Shown here piece after piece: positions 15,697 through 24,593 of a stretch of 47,162 bases of DNA. The notes under the pieces were generated by a model, which saw nothing but the letters and a program-made list of their open reading frames with translations, had not been told where the DNA came from and made no database searches. Origin of the DNA: Planctomycetota bacterium (lineage in GTDB: Bacteria; Planctomycetota; UBA11346); contig JBBQSO010000041.1 of NCBI GenBank assembly GCA_038213805.1, positions 1 to 47,162 of the forward strand. The letters run 5' to 3'. The first letter of the stretch is position 1; each line of letters starts with the position of its first letter. Both the position numbers and the translations under genes were made by a program.

Positions 15697-18624
15697 CTAC
15701 TTCTTCACCGCCTCCGCCGGCAGCGCGTCCGGGATGGCGATCAGCGCACCGGCGGGGACGGTGATGCTGCCGAGCTTGCGGCCGGCGCGCCACACCGGCG
15801 CGGTCACTGCCGCGCCGCCCGGGTTCCACGCCACCGCCGTGAAGCGGCCCGTACGCGGATCGTGGAAGATCGTGCTGGTGGGGATGCCGGTGTGGCAATC
15901 CCAGGCGACCGCGCCGAGCGTGCGGTAGGCGTGCGCCAGATAGTAGCTCAGCGTAAAGTGCTGGTCCTTGGTGATGGCGTGCTGCGCGCTCCACAACTCG
16001 TCCAGCGCGGCGACCGTGCCCTCGGCGTCGCCGAACAGCGCGGCGCCCATGATCACGTTGCCCCAGTCGCCGTCGAGGTCGGCGTAGCCGAAGCCGGCGC
16101 GACCCTTGCCCTGGGCCTTCAGCATGTTCGTCACCTGCCAGCGCATGAATGCGGGATCGCGGCCCAGATACTGCAGGCCGGTCGACAGCGGCAGCCATTG
16201 GATGCCGTAGATGTGCAGCGGCGCACCGCTGAACCACGTCCAGAAACCCTGGTCGCGGTCACGCAGCACGCTGACGATGGTGTGCGGGTACTGCGCCGGG
16301 AAGTTGCCACTGCCGGGCGGCTTCTGCCAGGCGTAGGCATCGTTCCAGTACTCGCGGATGGCCTCGCCCTCGATGGCGTAGCCCATCGCGCCGGTGGCGC
16401 GCATGGCGTCGTCGCCGAGCGCCGCGCCGAGCTGGAAGACGCCGGCCCACGACTGCATGGCCTCGGAGCTGGACTCCTGGTTGTTGCCGTCCTCGTGCGA
16501 ACTATGTCCGCCCGCGTACGAATGGCCGGCCCACGGATCGAAGGTGCGCAGGCGCGGAAAGTCGGTGGCCGCGCGGTCCCACGACGCGTACTGCTTCGCG
16601 ACCAGGGTCGCCATCGGCGCGAAGCCGCTGCGGAACTCCGCATCGTTCTGCATCAGCATGGCGGCGGACAGCGTGAAGTAGCCGTAGTGGAAATGGTTGT
16701 CGGTGAATTCCTCCGAACCGAAGCTTGGCTTGAAGCCGACCAGGCCCGGCCACGGCGCGGCATAGCGCGCGAAGTAGTGCTCCTGCTCGCCGGGCGTGTA
16801 CGTAAACCAGTCGCGCAGGGCGCCGGCGAGCAGGTCGTGCAGCGCTGCTGCCTCGGGCAGGTTGGCGGCGCGCGCGATGGCCAGGTACTGCGCGGCGAGC
16901 CCTATGTCCTTGCCGCCCCAGTAGGTGTCGGCGCCGAAGCGCTGCCCGGCGGGCTTGGCCTGCCGCTCTGCGGTCCACGCGCGGATGCCGGTGGCGACCC
17001 GCGCCTGGTCGTAAGGGTGCGCGAGGCCGGCCTGGTCGCTGGGCGCTGGCAGTGCGGGCAACAGGCCGTTGAAGGCCCACGCGATGGCGAAGCTGCGCCC
17101 CGGCGCCATGCGCAGTTGACCGCGCTGAGTGGCGAAGGCAGTTGCTTCTTTCGGGAAGGCGAGGTCATTGCGCGTGGTGCGCCAGTGGTGGGGCAGCCAG
17201 CCCTGCAGTACCGCAGTATTGGTGCCGCGCAGCGCGTCGGCATCGACGGTGAAGGTGGTGGCGATCTCGCCGGCTTCGACGTCGTAGCGCCAGTCGAAGC
17301 GGCTGTCGCGCGGGATGGCGAAGGCGTAGGTCTTCAGCAGCGCGGCCTGGGCGCGCTGCGGCAGCAGGCCGACCACCAGGTAGCGCTCTGTGCCCGCGAA
17401 CGACACGGTAAGTGCACCGTCGGTGACGGCGAAGCGCGTGCGCTCCGGCGCGAACAGCGCGAACAACCGCTCGCCGCGCGCGATCACCACGCTGTCTCCG
17501 GTGAACGGGAATGTCACCGGCAGGCCGGCAAGGTCGCTGATCTGCTCGGCCAGCGCCGGGATGGCGAGGTCGAGCTCCTTGGCCTCGATCCACACGTAGG
17601 GCAGGCCGCGGCCGCAGGTGATGTCAAGCCAGTGCCCCGCGGTCGGAGCGTGCTGGCGCATGGTCAGCGTCCAGTCGCCCCAGCGCAGCGCGGTGGTCGA
17701 GCCGGGCGCGAACAGCCCGCCGCCGGCGCCCTGGTCCGCGTGCTCGCTGAGCACCAGCTGATCGACGCCCAGGTGGCCCCAGCCGCCGCTGGCATGGTCG
17801 ACCAGGCGCACGCGCGCCTGCTTGCCGCGCCACGGCGCCACATCCCAGCTGCGCGTCGAGAACTGTTCGGAATTCCCGCCGGTGGCGCTGCGCACCACCG
17901 CGCCATCGACCTCGAGCGCGACCTGCAGCCGCTCTGCGTCGCGCCCGCCGTGGACCAGGAAGTTGAGGTGCGCACGGCTGATGGTGAACGGTGCGCTGAG
18001 CAGCTCGCCGGTCGCGGCGTCGCCGCCGTGGAAGGACGAGGCCAGCGCCTGCCCCTGGAAGCCGGCGATCGGCGTCTGCCCGGGCAGCGCGCCGTGCGCC
18101 GGTCCGTCGCCCCAGGCGGCGCCGGTGGTGGTCCACCCCGCCGACCAGGCCTTGCCTTCAAAGTCCGCGACCACCACGTCACCAGCCTCGGCCTGGGCGC
18201 CGCTCTCGCGCGCCTGGACCTCGAGCGGGTCGCCCTGGTTGAGTTCGGTGCCGCCGGCGTTCCAGCCCTGCGGGAACCAGATGCGCACGCCACGACCATC
18301 GCAGCCGATGGTCGCGGGATAGGCCCACAGCTTGCCGGGGTAGGGGCTGACCAGCAGGTCGGTCCACCAGTGGTTGCTGGGCGTGGGGGGATGCGGCACT
18401 CCCGGTTCGAGCGGCAGCGGCCGGGCGAGCGCGGCGGCGAGCTTGGCGTCGCCCGCCGGCGGCGCCGGCGCATACGAACCGGCGCCGACCACCACCGGGT
18501 CGCCATCCTGGGCCATCGCAGCCACGCTGCCGGCCAGGCCAAGGACCAGCGTGGCGATGGTTGCGCGGGCGGCCGCACGGGACGGCAGCAGATGGGCGCG
18601 GGCAGGTGCGTGCGGGAGGGGCAT
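15697..18624 (-). CDS. GH81 endo-beta-1,3-glucanase, secreted
   Basis: PSNHWWTDL, DTYWGGK, DNHFHYGYF, LRTFDPWAGHSYAGG, GNNQESSSEA and HIYGIQWLP motifs; signal peptide. Confidence 0.9.
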   Translation of the reverse strand: MPLPHAPARAHLLPSRAAARATIATLVLGLAGSVAAMAQDGDPVVVGAGSYAPAPPAGDAKLAAALARPLPLEPGVPHPPTPSNHWWTDLLVSPYPGKLWAYPATIGCDGRGVRIWFPQGWNAGGTELNQGDPLEVQARESGAQAEAGDVVVADFEGKAWSAGWTTTGAAWGDGPAHGALPGQTPIAGFQGQALASSFHGGDAATGELLSAPFTISRAHLNFLVHGGRDAERLQVALEVDGAVVRSATGGNSEQFSTRSWDVAPWRGKQARVRLVDHASGGWGHLGVDQLVLSEHADQGAGGGLFAPGSTTALRWGDWTLTMRQHAPTAGHWLDITCGRGLPYVWIEAKELDLAIPALAEQISDLAGLPVTFPFTGDSVVIARGERLFALFAPERTRFAVTDGALTVSFAGTERYLVVGLLPQRAQAALLKTYAFAIPRDSRFDWRYDVEAGEIATTFTVDADALRGTNTAVLQGWLPHHWRTTRNDLAFPKEATAFATQRGQLRMAPGRSFAIAWAFNGLLPALPAPSDQAGLAHPYDQARVATGIRAWTAERQAKPAGQRFGADTYWGGKDIGLAAQYLAIARAANLPEAAALHDLLAGALRDWFTYTPGEQEHYFARYAAPWPGLVGFKPSFGSEEFTDNHFHYGYFTLSAAMLMQNDAEFRSGFAPMATLVAKQYASWDRAATDFPRLRTFDPWAGHSYAGGHSSHEDGNNQESSSEAMQSWAGVFQLGAALGDDAMRATGAMGYAIEGEAIREYWNDAYAWQKPPGSGNFPAQYPHTIVSVLRDRDQGFWTWFSGAPLHIYGIQWLPLSTGLQYLGRDPAFMRWQVTNMLKAQGKGRAGFGYADLDGDWGNVIMGAALFGDAEGTVAALDELWSAQHAITKDQHFTLSYYLAHAYRTLGAVAWDCHTGIPTSTIFHDPRTGRFTAVAWNPGGAAVTAPVWRAGRKLGSITVPAGALIAIPDALPAEAVKK

Positions 18625-18697
18625 CACGGTAGTGTACGCCCGGAACGCGCCCAGATCCCCTGGCCACCCCGGGTGGGATGGCGATCCGTCCACGCCC

Positions 18698-19558
18698 TCA
18701 GGACGGTTCGCGTACCGGGTCCAAGGCCGGCTGCAGGTCCGCGCCTTCTCCAGCTGCCGCGCTCGGCGGTGTGCCGAAGCGCCGGCGGAAGGCGCGGCTG
18801 AGGTCGGCGCGGCTGCGGAAGCCGCAGCGTTGCGCGCTCGCCGCCACGGTGAAGCCGCGCGCCAGCAGGTGGCGGGCGATGGCCAGGCGCGACTCCATCA
18901 GCTCCTCCTTGGGGCCGCGCGCGAAGAAGGCCTTGAACAGCACGTGCGCTTTCGAGCGCCCGAGCGCCGCGGCCGCGATCACGTCGCCGCCGTTGATCGG
19001 CCGGTGCAGGTTGTTCCACAGGAAGGCGGCCATGCGCAGGACCTCGGGATGGACCCAGTCGACCACGCGTGCCTGGTCGCCGATCACCTGCCCGAGGCAC
19101 TGCGTCACCAGGCCGCGTTGGCGTGCTGCATCGGCTTCGTTCAGCAGCTGCTCGCACCAGCCGCGGTAGGGTGCCTCACCGACCATCCCCCACAGGGTCT
19201 GCTGGTGGTCGAAGAACAGCACGTCGCAGCGCCCGGCGAGGAAGCCCAGGCCGAACGAGGTCGAGCCCGGCTTGTGCGCGGCGTGCTCGTGCCAGCAGCC
19301 CGGTTCGACCACCAGCGCCTCTCCGCGCTGCAGATCGAGGGTGGTACGGCCGCGCACGCGCACCACGCCGCCCAGGCACACCACCAGCGTCGGTACCGCG
19401 TGCTGATGGGGCGGCGCCGGCCCGTTGTGCGGCTGCGGATCGACCAGACCGTCAACCGGACCCCAGCGCCGCACGCTGCGCACGCCCATCCCGGCCAGCT
19501 CCCTGAGCTGGAGCCACATCGCGATGCGCTGCGGATCGGCCAGGACGGCGTCGGGCAT
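18698..19558 (-). CDS. AraC-family transcriptional regulator with N-terminal cupin domain
   Basis: HQHAVPTLVVCL...PGCWHEH cupin; C-terminal double HTH ending CGFRSRADLSRAFRRRFGTPP. Confidence 0.9.
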   Translation of the reverse strand: MPDAVLADPQRIAMWLQLRELAGMGVRSVRRWGPVDGLVDPQPHNGPAPPHQHAVPTLVVCLGGVVRVRGRTTLDLQRGEALVVEPGCWHEHAAHKPGSTSFGLGFLAGRCDVLFFDHQQTLWGMVGEAPYRGWCEQLLNEADAARQRGLVTQCLGQVIGDQARVVDWVHPEVLRMAAFLWNNLHRPINGGDVIAAAALGRSKAHVLFKAFFARGPKEELMESRLAIARHLLARGFTVAASAQRCGFRSRADLSRAFRRRFGTPPSAAAGEGADLQPALDPVREPS

Positions 19559-19600
19559 GGGATCAGCGTGGGGGAAGTTCGCCGTGGTGCCACTGGAGAG

Positions 19601-19794
19601 GGCTGGCGGCTGGCGGCTGACGGCTGACGGCTCGTGAATCACGGGACGGTTCGGGGTGCACGCTCGACTTCGAGCTTCGAGCTTCGAGCCGCGAGTACCG
19701 AGATTGGCCTGCTGTCGCTCGCAGCTCGCAGCTCGTGACTGGACACGCAAGCAGCGTGGCCTCACCGTCAGCCATCAGCCATCAGCCATCAGCC
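19601..19794. repeat. Nested inverted heptamer-repeat cassette (GGCTGRC x4 / TCGAGCY x3 ... GCTCGCA x2-3 / RTCAGCC x4)
   Basis: Outer arrays 19601-19632 and 19767-19794 are near reverse complements; inner arrays ~19670-19696 and ~19717-19736 likewise. Confidence 0.9.
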
Positions 19795-19798
19795 CTAC

Positions 19799-21802
19799 TT
19801 ATTTCGGCACATCCGTCCGGAACGGCACCGCCGGCAGTCCCGCGCCATTGTACAGGTTGCACGCCGGGTTGTCCGCCCACGCGTAGCGTACCGCCTTGGG
19901 ATTGGCCAGGCCGCTCACCGACACCACCACGGTCTCGCCATCGATGGTGGCATCCGCCCAGACGAAGTGGCCATCCTCGCCAGCGATGGCGAAGCCGACC
20001 AGCTTGTCCGCCGCCTTGCCTGCGTAGTCGCGTGCGATCAAGCCGGCGGCGTGGGTGAAGTGCAGCCGCACCTTGTCGCCCTGAACCTCCATGCTGGCGT
20101 AGACCGGGCCCGACGACTCGAGCTGCTGACCGTAGGCGATCGCCTGGGCGGCCAGAGCCAGGCGGCGGCCGACCTCTTGCTTGTTCTTGGGATGGATGTC
20201 GCCGGCCTCGCCGATGTCGATGGCCACCGCCAGACCCACCTTGGGGACGTGCTGCGCGGTCAGCGCCTGCGCCTCGCGCAGGCTGGCCCAGCCGGTATCC
20301 GTGGGCGCGTCCTGGCGATTCATGAAGTTCGCCAGCTGCACCACCAGGAACGGGAAGTCGCCCGCGTCGAAGCGCTGGCGCCAGTCGCCGATCAGGGTCG
20401 GCAGCAGGCGGCGGTAGAGCGGGCCGTTGTTGGCGTTGGATTCGCCCTGGTACCAGATAGCGCCCTTGATGCCGTAGGGCACCACGTTGGCGATCATGCC
20501 GTTGTACAGGGTGGTCGGCGAGTTCTGATTGATGGTGAGCGGGTTCTGCGGCAGTGGCGCGCACTTGGCGAGCGGCGTCGAAGCGTGGTACTGCCACGGG
20601 CCGGCGAGCTTGAGCATCTTGGCGGCGTCGCCGTCGGGAGCGACGTTCAGCGCCCCGGCGTCGCCGTAGATGCCGCCCTGGCCGCCGGTGTCGAGCACGC
20701 GCACGGTGATGAGATTGCGTCCGGGCTTCACCAGCTTGTTCGGGATGGAGTACTCGCGGGTCACGTTCCACGTGCCGGTCTCGCCGATCTTGGTGCCGTT
20801 GATCCAGGTGGTGTCCATGTCGTCGATCGGGCCCAGCGACAGGTGGAGGTCCTTGCCCGCCCACTCCGCCGGCACCTCGAACTCGCGGCGGAACCACACC
20901 AGGCCATCGAAATCGGGCAGGCCACGGCCTTCCCAGTTTCCGGGCAGGTCCATGGTCTGCCAGTCGTGCGCGTCGAAGGCGGGATCGGCCCAGCCCAGGC
21001 CGTGCGCCGAGCCCGGGTCGTTCTTCACGTACCATTCGCTCATCTGCTGATCGAAGTCGAGGCCGCCCTTGGTGATGTCGATCAGGGCCTGCTCCATCTG
21101 CGCCACTACCGGCTGCATCTCGGACACGGTCTTGAGCGCCGTGGCGCTGGTCCAGGCCTCGATGGGTGTGCCGCCCCACGAGGAGTGGATCAGGCCGATC
21201 GGCACCTTGAGCTCGTTCTGCAGGTGGCGGCCGAAGAAGTAGCCGACCGCGGAGAAGCCGCCCCACCCGCCCGCCGCGATGGTCTCGGGAGTGCACGTTT
21301 CCCAGCGCCCGCTCACCGTCGGATCCGGCGTGGACAAGACGCGGTGCGGCACGGTGTACAGCCGGATCTGGGCATTGGCGCACTTGGCGATCTCATCGGG
21401 GGCGTTGATCGCCGCGATGCCCATCTCCATGTTCGATTGCCCAGAGCACAGCCACACGTCGCCGACCAGGACATTACTGAAGGTGGCATTTTGCGGGCCA
21501 CTGACGGTCAAGGTGAACGGGCCGCCCGGGGCGAGCGGCGGCAGCTTGGCCAGCCAATAGCCGTCCTCGGCCCGCGCTGTGGCGGTCGCGCTCTTGCCCT
21601 CCAACGTCACCGTGACGGTCTTGCCGGGCTCGGTCCAGCCCCACACCGGCACCGCCAGGTCGCGCTGCAGCACCAGGTTGTCGGTGAACAGGTGGTGGAC
21701 GAAGGGCCGCTGCATCTCGGCGGCTTGGCCCGATCCGGCCAGGAGCGCGCCTGCGGCCAGCACGAGGGCGGCCAGGAACAGGCGGAGTGACGGACTGGGC
21801 AT
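19799..21802 (-). CDS. Sialate O-acetylesterase family (SASA) carbohydrate esterase with an inserted jelly-roll domain, secreted
   Basis: GDVWLCSGQSNM, SWGGTPIEAW, LYNGMI, IKGAIWYQGESN, DIHPKNKQEVG and VRYAW; signal peptide. Confidence 0.92.
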   Translation of the reverse strand: MPSPSLRLFLAALVLAAGALLAGSGQAAEMQRPFVHHLFTDNLVLQRDLAVPVWGWTEPGKTVTVTLEGKSATATARAEDGYWLAKLPPLAPGGPFTLTVSGPQNATFSNVLVGDVWLCSGQSNMEMGIAAINAPDEIAKCANAQIRLYTVPHRVLSTPDPTVSGRWETCTPETIAAGGWGGFSAVGYFFGRHLQNELKVPIGLIHSSWGGTPIEAWTSATALKTVSEMQPVVAQMEQALIDITKGGLDFDQQMSEWYVKNDPGSAHGLGWADPAFDAHDWQTMDLPGNWEGRGLPDFDGLVWFRREFEVPAEWAGKDLHLSLGPIDDMDTTWINGTKIGETGTWNVTREYSIPNKLVKPGRNLITVRVLDTGGQGGIYGDAGALNVAPDGDAAKMLKLAGPWQYHASTPLAKCAPLPQNPLTINQNSPTTLYNGMIANVVPYGIKGAIWYQGESNANNGPLYRRLLPTLIGDWRQRFDAGDFPFLVVQLANFMNRQDAPTDTGWASLREAQALTAQHVPKVGLAVAIDIGEAGDIHPKNKQEVGRRLALAAQAIAYGQQLESSGPVYASMEVQGDKVRLHFTHAAGLIARDYAGKAADKLVGFAIAGEDGHFVWADATIDGETVVVSVSGLANPKAVRYAWADNPACNLYNGAGLPAVPFRTDVPK

Positions 21803-21908
21803 GAAGGGTCGGTTCCTCAACGGCGGCCGGCTGGGTACCGCGCAACCTGAGACATGGTACGTCATCGCGAGTTGGCTGTTGAAGCGGTGACTGGGGGGTG
21901 TGCGGGGG

Positions 21909-22286
21909 TCAGATCGCCACCACCGCGTCGATCTCGACCCGGCCGCCTTTGGGCAGGGCCGCGACCTGGAGGGTGGCCCGGGCCGGGTAGGGCGATTCGA
22001 AGAAGGCCTGGTAGACGGCATTGACCGCCTGGAAATCGGCGAGGTCGACCAGGTAGATGGTCAGGCGCAGGGCTTTGGTCAGGCTGGTGCCCGCCTCGCG
22101 GCAGATCGCCTCAAGGTTGCGCAGCGCCTGCTCTGCCTGGACCACGGTCTCGGTGCTGCGGAAGGCCCCGCTCGAGGGCTCCAGACCAAGCTGTCCTGAG
22201 CACCACAGCAGCCCACCATGGCGCACCGCTTGGCTGTAGGGACCGATGGCCGCCGGCGCGTCGCTGGTATTGATGGTCGTGCGCAT
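21909..22286 (-). CDS. ridA: RidA/YjgF/UK114 reactive-intermediate deaminase
   Basis: APAAIGPYSQA, SGQLG, YPARA and LPKGGRVEID. Confidence 0.93.
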   Translation of the reverse strand: MRTTINTSDAPAAIGPYSQAVRHGGLLWCSGQLGLEPSSGAFRSTETVVQAEQALRNLEAICREAGTSLTKALRLTIYLVDLADFQAVNAVYQAFFESPYPARATLQVAALPKGGRVEIDAVVAI

Positions 22287-22439
22287 GCATGCGAGTGTCG
22301 GCCCGTTGGCGACGGGGCAAGGGCACAGCGATGGGAGCGTTCGGCGGCCCTGGGCAGGCGCTCAGCGCTCCGCGTAAGAACCAGGGCTTGGAGGTCATGA
22401 CGATCTCAGCGCCCGACTTCCCGGGCACCGAGCGCCCAG

Positions 22440-23216
22440 CTATCCCAAAGCCGTTGCTACCCCTAAGACCTCCCCCAGATGCAGGATCTCGGCGTCCGGT
22501 CGGCAAGCGGCGAGCGCGTCATGGGGATACATGTTTTCGGTGATGCGCAAGCAGGTGCGGAAGCCGAAAGCGCGGGCCCCGACGATATCGCGGTCCGGAT
22601 GGTCGCCGACGTGGAGGACCTCGCCGGGCGCGCAGCCGGCCTGGTCGAGCGCGTGCTGGTAATGGCGGGGATTGGGTTTGATCCAGCCGATCTCGCTGCT
22701 CAGGCTGTAGAAATCGATGTAGCCGGCCAGACCGTGGCGCTCGAACCACGCGCGGCAGGCGGGGCCGGGCCACGGCACGTGCGAGAGGATGCCGATGCGG
22801 AAGCCACGTACCTTGAGCAGGCTCAAGGCGGACGCGGCGTCGCCATAGGGGACGACGGTGTCGGTCAGGGTGGCGGTGCAGCGCGCCAGGCTCAGACGCA
22901 GGCGGTGCGGGTCCGCGGCGAGCGCATCGGCTGCGCCGACCCAGCGGTCGAGCATGGCGGCGAAGTCGAACTCACGGTGCTCAGGATTGCGCGCCGGATC
23001 GATCGAGCCGCGCCATTGCACCGCCAGCTCCGCCATCGCCGTGTCGACCCAGTCAGCGGGGACCCCACAGCCAAGCTCGCGCAGGTCGGTGGCGAGGCGG
23101 CCGAAGGCGCGCCGCTGGGTAGCCAAGTAAGGCATGCCGTGGTTGGCGGCCAGGGTGTCGCCCCAGTCAAAGGTGATGGTGCGGATCGGCCGTCGGCCGG
23201 CGGTTGCGGTGGGCAT
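22440..23216 (-). CDS. HAD-superfamily hydrolase
   Basis: Motif I FDWGDTL, KPNPR, and motif IV HVGDHPDRDIVGA. Confidence 0.9.
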   Translation of the reverse strand: MPTATAGRRPIRTITFDWGDTLAANHGMPYLATQRRAFGRLATDLRELGCGVPADWVDTAMAELAVQWRGSIDPARNPEHREFDFAAMLDRWVGAADALAADPHRLRLSLARCTATLTDTVVPYGDAASALSLLKVRGFRIGILSHVPWPGPACRAWFERHGLAGYIDFYSLSSEIGWIKPNPRHYQHALDQAGCAPGEVLHVGDHPDRDIVGARAFGFRTCLRITENMYPHDALAACRPDAEILHLGEVLGVATALG

Positions 23217-23295
23217 GGGCGGCAGTCTCAATCGCCGTGCCGCCCGGAAAACGGAAAACGCCTGTTCCCGTCCAGCCGGGGCAGATAGTCGGATC

Positions 23296-23832
23296 ATGTC
23301 GGAGGTTGACGCCCAACTGGTGCAGCGCGTGATGGCCGGGGACCGCACGGCCTTCGAGGCCCTGGTGTCGATGCACCTGCTGCGCGCGCGCGCCGTGGCG
23401 CGCGGCGTCCTCGGCGACGACGTGGCGGTCGACGATGCCGTGCAGGAGGCTTTCCTGCGCGCGTACGAGCGCCTCGGTCAGCTCGGCGACCCCGTGACCT
23501 TCCCGGCCTGGCTGTCGACCATCGTGCGCAACGAGGCGGTGACCTGGCTGCGCCGCCATGCACGCGCGCGTGGCGTCGACCTGCGGGCCGCCGCCGAGCA
23601 CGTCCGGCCCGAGGTCGTGCCCGAGGATCCCCAACTCGAACCGCTGCGCATCGCCCTGCAGAAGCTGCCCGCCTCCTACCGCGAGATCCTCGCCCTCAAG
23701 TACGACGCCGGTCTCAATTATGAGCAGATCGCCGAGCTCCTCGCCATCGCGCTGCCGAATGTCGAGAAGCGCCTGTACCGCGCGCGCCAGGCGTTGGTGC
23801 AACTGATGCCACTCCCAGGCAGTGACGGCTGA
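23296..23832 (+). CDS. ECF-type RNA polymerase sigma-70 factor
   Basis: DAQLV..GDRTAFEALV, DDAVQEAFLRAY, FPAWLSTIVRN, and region 4 GLNYEQIAELL..VEKRLYRAR. Confidence 0.93.
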   Translation: MSEVDAQLVQRVMAGDRTAFEALVSMHLLRARAVARGVLGDDVAVDDAVQEAFLRAYERLGQLGDPVTFPAWLSTIVRNEAVTWLRRHARARGVDLRAAAEHVRPEVVPEDPQLEPLRIALQKLPASYREILALKYDAGLNYEQIAELLAIALPNVEKRLYRARQALVQLMPLPGSDG

Positions 23833-23893
23833 CGCATACTGGCCAGGCGTCGGCGACAGGGACGATGCCTAGAAGGCAATCTGGCGCTTCGCC

Positions 23894-23969
23894 GTCAGCT
23901 GTCAGCTGTCAGCCATCAGCCATCAGCCATCAGCCATCAGCCATCAGCCATCAGCCATCACCATCAGCC
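23894..23969. repeat. Heptamer tandem array (GTCAGCT x2, GTCAGCC, ATCAGCC x6, ATCACC, ATCAGCC)
   Basis: Read directly; overlaps the plsY stop codon. Confidence 0.95.
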
Positions 23970-24580
23970 CGCTTCTTCATCAACTTCACAATATTGCTGC
24001 GATGCTTGATCACCACCAGCCCGCTGAGCAGGAACAGGAACAACGTCAGCGGGATGGCCAGCAGACTCCACGGATCCGGATAGCGGGCGAGGTAGATGAA
24101 CGGCATCGCCGCAGCGGCGATGACCGAGGCGGGCCCGACCGCTTCGCTGGGTTTGCGCAGCAGCAGGTAGAATACCGTCCAGGCGATGATCCAGATCCCC
24201 AGCGAGATCGCGGCGACATCCAGCAGCAGGGCGGTGAGCACGCCCAGCGAGGTCGCCACGGCCTTGCCGCCTTTGAAAGCGAAGAAGCAGGTGAAGACGT
24301 GGCCGATGATCGCTGCTGCGCCGACCGCGATCGGCAGCGAGCCGCTGGCGCCGTGGTGGGCGGCGAGGTCCTTCGCGATCATCACCGGGATCAGGCCCTT
24401 GAGCAGGTCGGCGATGAACACCGCGATGAACCAGCCCTTGCCGAGCACCCGTCCCGCGTTGGTCGCGCCGAGGTTGCCCGAGCCGTGCTGGCGCAGGTCG
24501 ATGCCTTTGGTGCGACCAGCCAGCCACGCGAAGCTCACCGAGCCGAGCAGGTAGGCGCCGGGGACGAGCAGCCAGTTCAC
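23951..24580 (-). CDS. plsY: Glycerol-3-phosphate acyltransferase PlsY
   Basis: YLLGS, DLRQHGSGNLGATN, DLLKG, FKGGKAVAT and KHRSNI; follows der. Confidence 0.95.
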   Translation of the reverse strand: MNWLLVPGAYLLGSVSFAWLAGRTKGIDLRQHGSGNLGATNAGRVLGKGWFIAVFIADLLKGLIPVMIAKDLAAHHGASGSLPIAVGAAAIIGHVFTCFFAFKGGKAVATSLGVLTALLLDVAAISLGIWIIAWTVFYLLLRKPSEAVGPASVIAAAAMPFIYLARYPDPWSLLAIPLTLFLFLLSGLVVIKHRSNIVKLMKKRADGDG

Positions 24581-24593
24581 GGACGGCTGTCCT

